A stretch of DNA of 64,000 nt, from the IMG/VR virus record IMGVR_UViG_3300021295_000001, one strand, 5' to 3'. The notes below the pieces were generated by a model, which saw only the letters and a program-made list of their open reading frames with translations, was not told the origin of the DNA and made no database searches. Of this stretch, positions 47,222 to 57,452 are shown in pieces. Numbering within the stretch: the first letter of the stretch is position 1; each line of letters begins with the position of its first letter. The position numbers were made by a program, and so were the translations under genes. The stretch is from a virus. Lineage: Duplodnaviria > Caudoviricetes.

Positions 47222-48862
47222 ATGGCCAATTACATAAACAGCGACAGCATAAAGGTGTTCCCCTCGGCATACAGGTCCGAGGCAACGGACAAGACTTCTT
47301 CCCTCACGACCGAGGCCAATCTTACTAGGTTGGCCGTTTCCTGTTCCGACGAAGCGTCCTTCGCCAAATTCGACGGCGACAAGGTCATCCTTTGCATAGG
47401 CGGTTACACGTTCAGGACGACTTTCCAGGCATTGGTCGGCGCCGTCGCTCAGGGAGCCACCGACATATGGGCGTCGATAAGGGTCGACTCCGCAGACCCA
47501 GAGTTCCCCGCGTTGGCCAACTACGACGACGGCGGGATGACCTTGGACGAGGGCAACTTATTCAAAGGGTTGTACATAAGCGACGACGAGCCCGTTTCTG
47601 GGTACACGCACAAATTGCACGTCCTCCAAGAGGAATTGGGCGTTTGGGTAATACCCACGGAAGGCAAGGCGTTCATCAAAACGTCGTCCGTCAGCAACGT
47701 CATAACCGAAGGCTCTGGGGCCGAGGCGCACGACGTAGAGTATTCGATAAACGACAAGTTCGTCACCGCGGAGGCCACCATAGGGAATTTGTCCGTAGGC
47801 GATGCGGACATCGGCACAATAGGGGCCAACCAAATATACGCCTTCCATCCCTCCAACGGACTAATCGTCAACGGAATGACGACGATTGACAACGGCAACG
47901 GCAACGTGTCGTTGGACACCGATGGCTCCATTTCGTTCCAGAACTCTGGGTTTGTAATCACGAAATATAGCGATAACGTGATTACGCAATTCAATAATGA
48001 AGTGGAATTCAACTCCCCTTACATCAATTTCACCGACGAGGTCAAGGAGTTCACTTTGAGTGGTGATGGCGGTGCATCATTGGAGAGGGACCCGTTGCTT
48101 TTGAAGTTCGGTTACAGACTGATTGGGGCCCCTGGTGCGCAATTGCGTACGCGTGGAACCATATTCAGAGGCATATTGGGAGCGGAGAACAAAGCCAACG
48201 ATTACATAGTGTCGAACATAGAAGGCGACGTAAATGGCAAGTTATACGCATTGAACTTGGTGCAGAGCCAAACCGCGAATCGCGTCCTTCTTTCCGATTC
48301 CGCAGACCCCTACATAAAATGGTCGTCTGGGAACGTAGGTTCCAGCACAAAACCGCTCTGCATTTCAGGCGGAGTTCTTTCGGAATGTACACAATACGCT
48401 GGCGGTACCAACCTTAAGGTAAACGGTACATCAAGAAGCGGGGAACAGTTTGATATATATGCGCCAACAAGCGCTGGAACGAATGGATACGTGGTTGTGA
48501 GCCGAGGGTCTGGTCAACCTTTGGACTACACGGATGCCTTGAGCGTGGCGTCCGTTTCCGCCAGGGGCCAGATTGAGGCCAACACGTTCAACTCCACTTC
48601 CGACCGAAGGCTCAAGGACAACATAGAGGACTATGCGCCAAGCAAATCAATCCTCGACCTTCCGCTGAGGCAGTTCGACATGAAGTCGGATGGGAGCCAT
48701 CACATAGGTTGCATCGCCCAGGAACTGAGGGAAATAGCCCCCGAATTGGTTCACGAAGGGGCCGACGGCTATCTTTCCATTGAGGAATCGAAGTTGGTTT
48801 ACCTCCTCATCGACGAGGTGAAAAAACTAAAGGAAGAGGTCAAGTCCCTGAAAGGTGAGTGA
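47222..48862 (+). CDS. tail fibre/spike with C-terminal S74 intramolecular chaperone
   Basis: TSDRRLKDNI...IGCIAQEL..IAPELV plus coiled-coil end. Confidence 0.85.
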   Translation: MANYINSDSIKVFPSAYRSEATDKTSSLTTEANLTRLAVSCSDEASFAKFDGDKVILCIGGYTFRTTFQALVGAVAQGATDIWASIRVDSADPEFPALANYDDGGMTLDEGNLFKGLYISDDEPVSGYTHKLHVLQEELGVWVIPTEGKAFIKTSSVSNVITEGSGAEAHDVEYSINDKFVTAEATIGNLSVGDADIGTIGANQIYAFHPSNGLIVNGMTTIDNGNGNVSLDTDGSISFQNSGFVITKYSDNVITQFNNEVEFNSPYINFTDEVKEFTLSGDGGASLERDPLLLKFGYRLIGAPGAQLRTRGTIFRGILGAENKANDYIVSNIEGDVNGKLYALNLVQSQTANRVLLSDSADPYIKWSSGNVGSSTKPLCISGGVLSECTQYAGGTNLKVNGTSRSGEQFDIYAPTSAGTNGYVVVSRGSGQPLDYTDALSVASVSARGQIEANTFNSTSDRRLKDNIEDYAPSKSILDLPLRQFDMKSDGSHHIGCIAQELREIAPELVHEGADGYLSIEESKLVYLLIDEVKKLKEEVKSLKGE

Positions 48863-48864
48863 CT

Positions 48865-49755
48865 ATGGGTAATTACTACGTAAAACATGGCACCTCGCGA
48901 TTCGATGTAAATCCGATTGCCAACACGTACTCTGGTGGAAACGCCAACGCCCCTCGCGCAGAGCGGGCTATCGTGTCTTGGCAGGACGGTTACCTTGAAT
49001 ACCTCTTCACTGGTAGGAGAACCGTTGATGACAAAACTTTGCTAGTAATGGCGGATGGGGCCCCCAACCATTGGACAGAGCACGACACAGCGCTTCAGGT
49101 CCCTTACAGTGCAAATGAAAACCCATTGTTCACCTCTGGGTGCAGATATACGGACCATTACGTTTCGACGATTACTGGCATACGCTCCCGCGTACGTTCA
49201 GTTTCAGGCGTGGTTCACCTAGATATAACCGATGTTCTTGTGCGTGGAAACAAGGTGAAGTACACTAACTTCTTTTCGATTGTTGTCAGGTTGGCGAGAA
49301 CGACAGGCGGTGGTTCTTATTCGGAATACTACGATTCTGGTAACGACAGATGGGTTTCGGACCAAGACACTTGGCGCGCTTTCTCCTCGTTCAATCATGA
49401 CTATATACTGGATGACAACCAGCACATAACAGGCCACACACTAAGTCTTGACAATGCCTCCTTCGTCGATTTCGTCCCCGAAGTTGGGAGGACCTACAAA
49501 ATAGACGTTTACATAACGTTGAAGGAGCAGGACGAGGATGGTTTAGACACAATAGGAACGTCGGTGTGCGAATTCGCGTTTTTGAAGGTTTCAAAAACGT
49601 ACTACATATCGCAACGTTCATCCAATTCCACGTATCCGTTCTCAAACAAATGGAAGGGAACACCTCCGTACAAAGGTGCCAACAGCCATTATTTCATGAC
49701 GAATGATTTCTACGATAACGTCCACACCATACTGCCGATGTTCCAATTGATATGA
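48865..49755 (+). CDS. hypothetical protein, possible receptor-binding partner
   Basis: T/S/Y-rich, beta-like, atypical codon usage, coupled to fibre gene. Confidence 0.6.
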   Translation: MGNYYVKHGTSRFDVNPIANTYSGGNANAPRAERAIVSWQDGYLEYLFTGRRTVDDKTLLVMADGAPNHWTEHDTALQVPYSANENPLFTSGCRYTDHYVSTITGIRSRVRSVSGVVHLDITDVLVRGNKVKYTNFFSIVVRLARTTGGGSYSEYYDSGNDRWVSDQDTWRAFSSFNHDYILDDNQHITGHTLSLDNASFVDFVPEVGRTYKIDVYITLKEQDEDGLDTIGTSVCEFAFLKVSKTYYISQRSSNSTYPFSNKWKGTPPYKGANSHYFMTNDFYDNVHTILPMFQLI

Positions 49756-49776
49756 CGGGCGCGGTATAATAACCGC

Positions 49777-50073
49777 ATGGAAAACATCATAACTTGCCCC
49801 CATTGCGGGGCCCAATACCTGCCAGAGGAGATACTTGTCTCGGACGACGTCCTGCGCAAAGGCGTCCACGCGACAAAGGACTCCCATGGCAGGATTATTT
49901 TCGTCGACGGAGACGTCGAGTGCGTGCCAGAGATGTACATATGCGACTTTTGCGACGAACCGTTCGCCGTGGAGGTGTCCCTATCGACGAAAGCCAAGCG
50001 GATAGACGGGTTCAATGAGGAGTGCTCCGTATCAATCCGTCGTATGGAAGAAAAAGAAGATAAGCATGATTAG
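49777..50073 (+). CDS. zinc-ribbon protein
   Basis: CPHC and CDFC. Confidence 0.7.
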   Translation: MENIITCPHCGAQYLPEEILVSDDVLRKGVHATKDSHGRIIFVDGDVECVPEMYICDFCDEPFAVEVSLSTKAKRIDGFNEECSVSIRRMEEKEDKHD

Positions 50074-51769
50074 GGTCGAGGAGAGGAGGAAGAGAAACCT
50101 AGGCGGAATCACCTCCCTCTTCGTCTATGGCGACCTCGACGACGATGCCATGAAGACGCTCGGCGCCTTCGGGACGTATGCATATGACAAGAAGACGGGC
50201 GAGGTGGAGATGCCAATAACGGCGCTTTCCTACGTCTTGGACAACATGACATGCTTCGACGACGTGTCGTTGTCCGTCATGGACGAACCAAGCGAATCGG
50301 CCAACAATTTCGACCCAGACGCATCCTCATACAAAACGAAGCCGTTCGATTACCAGTTGGAGGGCATCTCGTTCGGCCTTTCGCACGACAGGTTCCTCCT
50401 CTTGGACGCCCCTGGGCTCGGCAAGAGCCTGCAGGTCATATGCCTGGCGGAGGAATTGCGAAGGAGGGAAGGGATAAAACACTGCCTAATCATCTGCGGT
50501 ATCGCGTCCCTCAAGACGAACTGGGAACGCGAGATAGCCAAGCACAGCGACCTCGGATGCAGGGTCATAGGCAAAAAGGTTTCCAGGAACGGGACGGTCA
50601 GTTGGGCCCCGTCACCGAAGCGCGTGGCCGAATTGAAGTCCCCCATAGACGAGTTCTTCGTGATAATAAACGTCGAGATGCTGAGGAACGACGACGTGAT
50701 AAAGGCGTTGTCATCTGGCGCGAACGAATACGGGATGATTGCCGTTGATGAAATACATAGGGCCAAGGGATGGGCTTCAGACCAGGGGGAGAACCTCCTA
50801 AAACTGTCGGCCCCTCACATGGTCGCCATGACTGGCACGCTCATAACGAGCAACCCATTGGACGCCTACGTCCCGCTGGCTTGGATTGGCGTTGAGCCGA
50901 AGCGTAGCGTCACGAAGTTCAAGAACACGTTCTGCGTCATGGACGAGAGGACGCGTGGCAGAATATTGGCGTACAAGAACCTGGACGTGCTCCAAAACGA
51001 GGTCGAGTCGTGCTCCATAAGGAGGACGAAGGACATGCTGAACCTGCCAGACAGGACGTTCATAGACGAGCATCTGGACATGCCACCGAAGCAAGCGTCC
51101 CTTTACGAAGGACTCCTGAACGCCATAAGGGAGGACGGGTCGGACGAGGCGATAAGGGCCGTGTGCGACAAGGTCGAACTGAGCACGAACGGCATACTGT
51201 CCCTCATAGTGAGGCTGAAGCAGGCCACCACGTGCCCGTCCGTCCTAACGTCGCAGGACGTGGGCTCCATAAAATTGGACAGGGCCGAGGAACTGGTGAG
51301 GGAAATCGTGGGAAACGGTGAGAAGGTCGTCGTGTTCAGCACGTTCAAGGAACCGATTAGGTGCCTTTCTGACAGGCTGTCGGACCTGAATCCGTTGGTC
51401 GGCACTGGCGATACGCCAGACGGCGACGTGTCGTTCAACATAGACGAATTCCAACGGAACCCCAACAGGAAGGTGTTCCTCGGAACGGTGTCGAAAATGG
51501 GCACGGGCGTTACGCTTACCAGCGCGTCCTACATGGTGTTCGTCGACCAACCGTGGACGGCGTCTGACTATTATCAGGCGTGCGACAGGATACACAGGAT
51601 AGGGGCCAAACGGCCCGTGTTCGTTTACAACCTGCTGTGCGACGGGACCATCGACGACAGGATTTCGGAGGTCATAAACGAGAAGCAGGCCATGTCCGAC
51701 TACATAGTCGACGGGTCGTCCGATACCGAGGTCTTGGCCACTCTGGAAGGCTACGTGAGAGGGTTGTGA
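50066..51769 (+). CDS. SNF2-family helicase
   Basis: DAPGLGKS, DEIH, MTGT, GTGVTLT, QACDRIHRIG. Confidence 0.92.
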   Translation: MIRVEERRKRNLGGITSLFVYGDLDDDAMKTLGAFGTYAYDKKTGEVEMPITALSYVLDNMTCFDDVSLSVMDEPSESANNFDPDASSYKTKPFDYQLEGISFGLSHDRFLLLDAPGLGKSLQVICLAEELRRREGIKHCLIICGIASLKTNWEREIAKHSDLGCRVIGKKVSRNGTVSWAPSPKRVAELKSPIDEFFVIINVEMLRNDDVIKALSSGANEYGMIAVDEIHRAKGWASDQGENLLKLSAPHMVAMTGTLITSNPLDAYVPLAWIGVEPKRSVTKFKNTFCVMDERTRGRILAYKNLDVLQNEVESCSIRRTKDMLNLPDRTFIDEHLDMPPKQASLYEGLLNAIREDGSDEAIRAVCDKVELSTNGILSLIVRLKQATTCPSVLTSQDVGSIKLDRAEELVREIVGNGEKVVVFSTFKEPIRCLSDRLSDLNPLVGTGDTPDGDVSFNIDEFQRNPNRKVFLGTVSKMGTGVTLTSASYMVFVDQPWTASDYYQACDRIHRIGAKRPVFVYNLLCDGTIDDRISEVINEKQAMSDYIVDGSSDTEVLATLEGYVRGL

Positions 51770-51812
51770 CGCCCTTGCTAAATTCATTGCTATTAGGAGA
51801 AGGAGAAATTCA

Positions 51813-51962
51813 ATGGGCAAAATAGAAGACGATGCCTACGCTTTGATTTCGTCTCTTGACGAAGACGAAATCATGGCCCTTTCCAAGGCCTTGGAGAAGG
51901 TCGAGGAGCAAGAGGAAAACGAGAAGATTAAGGCCAAAAACGCCAAGAGGAGCAAGAAATGA
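51813..51962 (+). CDS. 49-aa hypothetical protein (not in ORF track)
   Basis: AGGAGAAGGAG SD; ATGA overlap with next gene. Confidence 0.6.
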   Translation: MGKIEDDAYALISSLDEDEIMALSKALEKVEEQEENEKIKAKNAKRSKK

Positions 51963-52165
51963 AAGTTATTTTGTACCACCAGGAATCATGCGGTATGTGC
52001 AAAGCCGTGGAGATGATGCTCAAGAAGAAGGGCATCGAATACGAATCATGCACCGACGTCGACGAAATGATTGGCAAGGGAATTAGTGGGACGCCCGCGT
52101 TGGAAGTCGACGGGAAACTGTACATCAAAGGCGAGTGCAGGGATTGGCTTGCCAAACAAAAATAA
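51959..52165 (+). CDS. glutaredoxin/NrdH-like protein
   Basis: CGMC, KGIEY, TPALEVDG. Confidence 0.85.
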   Translation: MKVILYHQESCGMCKAVEMMLKKKGIEYESCTDVDEMIGKGISGTPALEVDGKLYIKGECRDWLAKQK

Positions 52166-52190
52166 ATCAAATAAATCATCAGGTAGCAAA

Positions 52191-54104
52191 ATGGACGAGA
52201 AGACTTTAACCAAAAAACTTAAATTCATAGACGAGTACAACAAGGCGTCTAATGCATCGACTGGAAGTCAGTACGATTCCAACGCCAACGTCACCTCAAA
52301 GAACCTGGCGACGCAAGAGTGCGAACTCGGAAAAAAGGACTTCATAGACCTGAACAGGGCGTTGGTCAAGCGCTATCTTTACAAAATGTACGGAGAATCC
52401 ATCGTCGAATCGTTCGACTCGGATTTGAAGAACCACATAATCTACTCCCACGACGAATCGTCCCTTAAGCCGTATTGCGTCGCTGCCTCGTTGTATCCGT
52501 TCCTCCTAGATGGCCTGTCTGGCCTCGGCGGGTCCGCTTCGGCGCCGAAACACGCGAACAGTTACATCGGGAGCCTCGTCAACCTCGTGTTCCTGCTTTC
52601 ATCGCAGTTCGCGGGAGCCGTCGCGATACCCGAGTTCCTGACGTACTTCGACCACTTCCTTAGGTTGGACTATGGGCAGGATTACACGAACCATCTGGAC
52701 GACATCGTTGAGAAGGTGGGTGGCCATGAGTTCACGCTGAGGCATAAGATTGAGGACTGGTTCCAACAGTTCGTGTACTCGGTAAACCAGCCCGCTGGCG
52801 CCAGGAACTACCAATCGCCGTTCATCAACATCTCCTATTTCGACAAAGGCTATTTCGAAAGCATATTCAAGGGTTTCTTCTTCCCCGATTTGGACGAGCC
52901 GTGTTGGGAAACGACAAAGGAACTTCAGAAGATGTTCATGAAATGGTTCAACAAGGAGCGTGAGAAAACGACCATAACCTTCCCCGTCGAATCGTTCAAC
53001 CTCTTGGTTGACAAAGACACTGGGAAATACGTTGACGAGGAGTCCGCCGATTTCTGCGCGGAAATGCACGCGGAAGGCCATTCCTTCTTCATTTACCAAA
53101 GCGATAGCGCCGATTCGCTATCGTCGTGTTGCAGGTTGCGAAACGGAATTGACGAGAACGTGTTCAGCACCTCGATGGGCGCTGGTGGCATCATGACTGG
53201 CTCCAAGAAGGTGATAACGCTCAACCTCAACAGGATAACGCAGGATTGGTTCAATCGCGAAGCGGTCGGCTCCGATGGCGGAAAAACGTTGCCCGAATAC
53301 ATAACGGCCATCGTGAACAGGGTGCACAAATACCTCAATGCGTGGAACATGAAACTCCACGACGATTTGGCCAATGGCATGTTGCCAGCGTATTCCGCTG
53401 GGTTCATCGACTTGGACAAACAGTTCCTTACGGTCGGTGTCAACGGGTTCGTTGAGGCAGCCGAGTTCCTGAGGTCCCTCGGTGAGGACGCGCCATCCCA
53501 ATATAGGGGCATTGACGTAAAGCCAGAAAACGCGCAGTACAGGCAGTTGGCCAAAGACATCCTCGGGACCATAGAATCGGTCAACAGGGAGCACAAGACG
53601 CAAACCACGAAATATAACCTGGAATTCGTGCCTGGTGAGAACGCATCCGCCAAGTTGTACCAATGGGACAAGAAGGACGGATACGTCGTGCCCCAAGGCA
53701 GGAATCTGTACAACTCCTACTTCTACGTGGTTGAGGACACGACGATAGACCCAATCAAGAAGTTCTACTACCAAGGGGAGGGATTCGCGAGCGTATGCAG
53801 CGGAGGCGTCGCGCTCCACAATAACCTTTCCGAGTTCCTTTCCAAAAAGCAGTATAGGTTGTTGATGGACGTGGCCGTCAAGGCTGGGTGCAACTACTGG
53901 ACGTATAATATACCTGCGACGATTTGCAACGATTGCGGATGCAGGGACAAACGGTATCTGCACGAGTGCCCCAAGTGTGGCTCCAAGAACCTGGATTACG
54001 AAACCAGGATAATAGGATACCTCCGCAGGGTGAGCAACTTCTCGGAAGCGAGGCAACTCGAAGCGTCCCGTAGATACTATGGAAAAGTAGAGGAAAAAGT
54101 CTGA
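52191..54104 (+). CDS. nrdD: anaerobic (class III) ribonucleotide reductase
   Basis: IYSHD, PYC, SSCCRL, CNDC/CPKC zinc site, TRIIGYL glycyl-radical motif. Confidence 0.95.
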   Translation: MDEKTLTKKLKFIDEYNKASNASTGSQYDSNANVTSKNLATQECELGKKDFIDLNRALVKRYLYKMYGESIVESFDSDLKNHIIYSHDESSLKPYCVAASLYPFLLDGLSGLGGSASAPKHANSYIGSLVNLVFLLSSQFAGAVAIPEFLTYFDHFLRLDYGQDYTNHLDDIVEKVGGHEFTLRHKIEDWFQQFVYSVNQPAGARNYQSPFINISYFDKGYFESIFKGFFFPDLDEPCWETTKELQKMFMKWFNKEREKTTITFPVESFNLLVDKDTGKYVDEESADFCAEMHAEGHSFFIYQSDSADSLSSCCRLRNGIDENVFSTSMGAGGIMTGSKKVITLNLNRITQDWFNREAVGSDGGKTLPEYITAIVNRVHKYLNAWNMKLHDDLANGMLPAYSAGFIDLDKQFLTVGVNGFVEAAEFLRSLGEDAPSQYRGIDVKPENAQYRQLAKDILGTIESVNREHKTQTTKYNLEFVPGENASAKLYQWDKKDGYVVPQGRNLYNSYFYVVEDTTIDPIKKFYYQGEGFASVCSGGVALHNNLSEFLSKKQYRLLMDVAVKAGCNYWTYNIPATICNDCGCRDKRYLHECPKCGSKNLDYETRIIGYLRRVSNFSEARQLEASRRYYGKVEEKV

Positions 54105-54138
54105 TAGTTGTTGTGATTTTATATGCTAAATTAAATGC

Positions 54139-54945
54139 ATGAATATAAAAGAAAAATTACTGGCCACGAACGTTATACTAGATAATGAGTATTTATCAAA
54201 GTATATAGAGTTGGTGAAAACTAATTTAAATACAAAACAAGCGAGGTTTAAAACCCAGAGTCATCACATTATACCTAGATGCTATTTTAAGATATTAGGT
54301 ATTCCTTGTGATAATTCTTCAGAAAACACAATACATCTTTTATACAAAGACCACGTGCTTGCTCACTACTATTTATGCTTGTGTAGTAAAGATGCCGAAT
54401 TTAAATATAATAATATCTGTGCATTAAAGTATTGTTTAAATCATAGAGACTATAAGAAACAAGATTTCTATATTGAGGAGAGACATGTACTTGAACAACT
54501 GGATGGTCTTCAAAAATTATATGAGGAATCTAAAACTCTAGGTGCTTTAAAGTCATCATTGAAGCAAAGAGGTCAAAGTAGAAAAAATAAAGGTACTAAG
54601 CATATACATAAAGATGGGGTTTATAAAATGGTTCAACCAACTGAACTGGATAAATACTTATCTGAAGGTTGGGTGTTAGGTGGAAGACCGTTATCAGATA
54701 AGCATAAAGAAGCACTATTAAATTCAAATGTAGGTTCTCACAAATCTGAAGAATGTAAAAACAAATTACATAATAAGTTATTTGGAATAAAAATTTCCCA
54801 AGAAAGAAAAGATAAAATTAGTCTCGAAAGTAAAGATAGAGTTTGGATAAATAATGGTGTTACAAATAAATTCGTTAAACAAGATACACTTCAAGAATAT
54901 ATAGAGAAAGGATATGTGTATGGAAGACTTAAACTTAAGAAATAA
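54139..54945 (+). CDS. AT-rich HNH-type homing endonuclease with NUMOD-like repeats
   Basis: HHIIPR...N...L..KDHVLAHYYL; HKSEECKNK, WINNG. Confidence 0.8.
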   Translation: MNIKEKLLATNVILDNEYLSKYIELVKTNLNTKQARFKTQSHHIIPRCYFKILGIPCDNSSENTIHLLYKDHVLAHYYLCLCSKDAEFKYNNICALKYCLNHRDYKKQDFYIEERHVLEQLDGLQKLYEESKTLGALKSSLKQRGQSRKNKGTKHIHKDGVYKMVQPTELDKYLSEGWVLGGRPLSDKHKEALLNSNVGSHKSEECKNKLHNKLFGIKISQERKDKISLESKDRVWINNGVTNKFVKQDTLQEYIEKGYVYGRLKLKK

Positions 54946-55513
54946 AGAAGAAGAAAATGAATCCCTTGGTAAACCACTTAAGTACTACGATGTAGCAGTT
55001 ACATTTGCAGAATTTCCAGAAGAAATTACACTATGTGTAAATATTACAGGGTGTGTCTGTCACTGTTCCCAGTGCTCTGAGCCTTGGTTGAGACCTTATG
55101 TCGGTACATTATTAACAAATGAAGAAATAGATAAACTAATTGCCGAACATCCAGGAATTACCGTGTTTGGTTTAATGGGTGGGGATAGTGACCATGATGA
55201 CGTAGTCAGGATTGCTAACTATGTTCATGAAAAACACCATCTTAAAGTAGGCATGTATAGTGGCAGAGAATTTCTTAATATGAAATTGCTTGAGTGTTTA
55301 GACCTCTATAAGATTGGCAGATGGATTATGCCTAAAGGACCCGCTAGTGAATGGCATCAAACCAATAATGGCGTTCTTCAATTCCCGTGGTCCAATCAAT
55401 TGCTATTTGAGAAGGTGGGCAACTTATGGCTCAACACCACATATAAGTTCAGGAAAGAGAAAATCGGAAATCCAGAAAGATACATAGTCAGCCCCGAAGA
55501 CAACAACGAATGA
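54920..55513 (+). CDS. nrdG: anaerobic RNR activating radical-SAM enzyme
   Basis: CVCHCSQC (CxxxCxxC), FAEFPEEITL, MGGD, YKIG. Confidence 0.9.
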   Translation: MEDLNLRNKEEENESLGKPLKYYDVAVTFAEFPEEITLCVNITGCVCHCSQCSEPWLRPYVGTLLTNEEIDKLIAEHPGITVFGLMGGDSDHDDVVRIANYVHEKHHLKVGMYSGREFLNMKLLECLDLYKIGRWIMPKGPASEWHQTNNGVLQFPWSNQLLFEKVGNLWLNTTYKFRKEKIGNPERYIVSPEDNNE

Positions 55514-55538
55514 CGACCCTCGCGGTCGTTTTCGTTAT

Positions 55539-55567
55539 TTGACACGGACCTCCATCTCTGGTATAAT
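55539..55567 (+). promoter_or_regulatory. consensus sigma70 promoter
   Basis: TTGACA-17 nt-(TGG)TATAAT, preceded by hairpin ACGACC-CTCGC-GGTCGTTTT. Confidence 0.8.
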
Positions 55568-55587
55568 ATAGGGGTAGGAGGCATTTG

Positions 55588-55878
55588 ATGATGGCCGAAG
55601 ACAAGAAGACAAAGCGCATGTACTACGCCGTGTTCTACGACAAGGACGGTTCCGTGCACATGTGGCCGAACGAAAGCAAGGAAAGGTGCCTTGAGGTACT
55701 TTACGAGACTCTCAAGTGCAAGCGCAACCACGACAGGTGCGCCAGGACCACCGTCATCACGAGGGAGGTCCCAAACGACTTCGATTACTACGTGTTCGGC
55801 AAACCCGAGTCGTTGAACGTGCTCAAGAAATTCGACAAGGACATCAAGGCTGGCAAAGCCAAATTCGAGTGGGAGTGA
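55588..55878 (+). CDS. hypothetical protein
   Basis: AGGAGG SD. Confidence 0.7.
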   Translation: MMAEDKKTKRMYYAVFYDKDGSVHMWPNESKERCLEVLYETLKCKRNHDRCARTTVITREVPNDFDYYVFGKPESLNVLKKFDKDIKAGKAKFEWE

Positions 55879-55881
55879 ATT

Positions 55882-56220
55882 ATGACAATCAGAGTAAACA
55901 GAGACGATTGGAGGAACGAGGCGTTCCGCAACGCCACCCTTCTTTTGGCGGAGTCGTTCGGCACGGACGTCGAGATTGAGGTTCCGAAAAAGGAGCACTT
56001 GCCTTATCAGGTGCAGATTTGGCTGGGCGACGATGTCGCCGAGACAGCGGAGTTCACGCGTAAGGCCGACGCGCTTAAGTGGTCGAAGGAACGACTTTCC
56101 GACCCCAAGAACGCGGGTGGCGTGGCCGACGTAAAGAAGTACAACAAGGTTGGCGACGATTTCGATTGGCAGTTCTACGTCCTTTCGGAAGGTCGCCTCG
56201 AGGAAACTTACGATTTCTGA
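55882..56220 (+). CDS. hypothetical protein
   Basis: GGAG SD, operon spacing. Confidence 0.7.
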   Translation: MTIRVNRDDWRNEAFRNATLLLAESFGTDVEIEVPKKEHLPYQVQIWLGDDVAETAEFTRKADALKWSKERLSDPKNAGGVADVKKYNKVGDDFDWQFYVLSEGRLEETYDF

Positions 56221-56230
56221 GGGCGACGGC

Positions 56231-56485
56231 ATGCATAAGTACATCATTTCTCTGATGCTGAGGCCTTCGGAGGAGAAGATAATCCTCACGGGTGCGTTCA
56301 AGAACGATTTCGACTTGGAGGATTACGTGAACGGATTCATCAAGTCCCATGGCGTGGGTTCGTACGTTGGATACGAGTACTGCAAGTTGGAGGATTGCAA
56401 TTTCGACAAGAACGACATGTGCCCAATCGCGTTCCCGAATTGGATTGGGGCGCTCACGATAAAATACGTAAAATCGCAAAAATAG
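56231..56485 (+). CDS. hypothetical protein
   Basis: GAGGG SD; MHKYIISL... Confidence 0.6.
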   Translation: MHKYIISLMLRPSEEKIILTGAFKNDFDLEDYVNGFIKSHGVGSYVGYEYCKLEDCNFDKNDMCPIAFPNWIGALTIKYVKSQK

Positions 56486-56563
56486 TTCGGTTTTGCAACG
56501 GACTGGACATCATCGCATCAAACGGGACGAATTTCCCGTCGATGTATAATAACGAATGTGAGC

Positions 56564-56767
56564 ATGGAAAAAGGCAAGAAGAAAAAATACGGAAACTGGC
56601 TCATCGGCAAGCACGTCGTCGTTTTCGGAAACGGATTCTCGACCAGGGCCGAGGTCGTAAGCCATCTGCGTGGCCCCATGTTCTCGATAATGTCCGCCGA
56701 TGCAGGCAACGGGATAAACCTCATGCTGTTGAATACGGACGAGGATACGTTCGTCGTGGAGGATTGA
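56564..56767 (+). CDS. small hypothetical protein
   Basis: TATAAT upstream; operon with the next ORF. Confidence 0.55.
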   Translation: MEKGKKKKYGNWLIGKHVVVFGNGFSTRAEVVSHLRGPMFSIMSADAGNGINLMLLNTDEDTFVVED

Positions 56768-56768
56768 C

Positions 56769-57449
56769 ATGGACGGAAATGGTCGCGATTACGAGTGCTT
56801 CGCCTTCGAGCGAAGCCTTTCGACTTACACGAGCGGTTGCTCAACCGTCAGGAAAAAGGTGCTTCGCTCCGACTTCGAGGGGTTCGAGGTGAATTTTCTC
56901 TACGGTTTGTACAGGAAGATGCTCGCCCTCAACGACGATTTGTTCGCGCCGACGTTCAAAGCCGTGTTCCTGTTCGACGAATCGCTGTCCCAATACATAA
57001 GCAAAGACGAGGACGGCGAGTGGTTCGAATTCTCCGAAGAGGAGATAACGAGGACGTTCGAGGATTGCCTGCGCGTCGCGGACGAAAAAGGATACGACAA
57101 GGACGCGATGTTCTCGTTGTGGAATTATCTGGTCGGCGTTTTCGGGGACGTCAACGGGAAGACGTTGTACGAATGGCATGGGTTCGAAAGGGATATGACC
57201 GACGACGAACTGGAATTTTGCAGAAAGAAATTCCCGAATTCGGAGTGGAAGAGGGGCGACAAAGCCATCGTGTATCGCGGGTTCCTTTTCCCCATAGAGG
57301 GTAAATACGGGTGGGCTCTCGCGTTGTCAGACGACGAAGCGAACGCCGTGGAATTCGATTTGGTATGGGATTGGTGGTATCCGATAGACAGGCACATATT
57401 CCTCGTTTTGGGTCCGTCCCATCGCGAGTCGTTGGCAAAGGAGGCCTGA
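56769..57449 (+). CDS. hypothetical protein
   Basis: GGAGG SD. Confidence 0.7.
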   Translation: MDGNGRDYECFAFERSLSTYTSGCSTVRKKVLRSDFEGFEVNFLYGLYRKMLALNDDLFAPTFKAVFLFDESLSQYISKDEDGEWFEFSEEEITRTFEDCLRVADEKGYDKDAMFSLWNYLVGVFGDVNGKTLYEWHGFERDMTDDELEFCRKKFPNSEWKRGDKAIVYRGFLFPIEGKYGWALALSDDEANAVEFDLVWDWWYPIDRHIFLVLGPSHRESLAKEA

Positions 57450-57452
57450 TTC

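Noticed and set aside
54105-54945. Group I intron between nrdD and nrdG
   Set aside because: nrdD is complete and no intron core elements were seen; the HNH gene appears free-standing.
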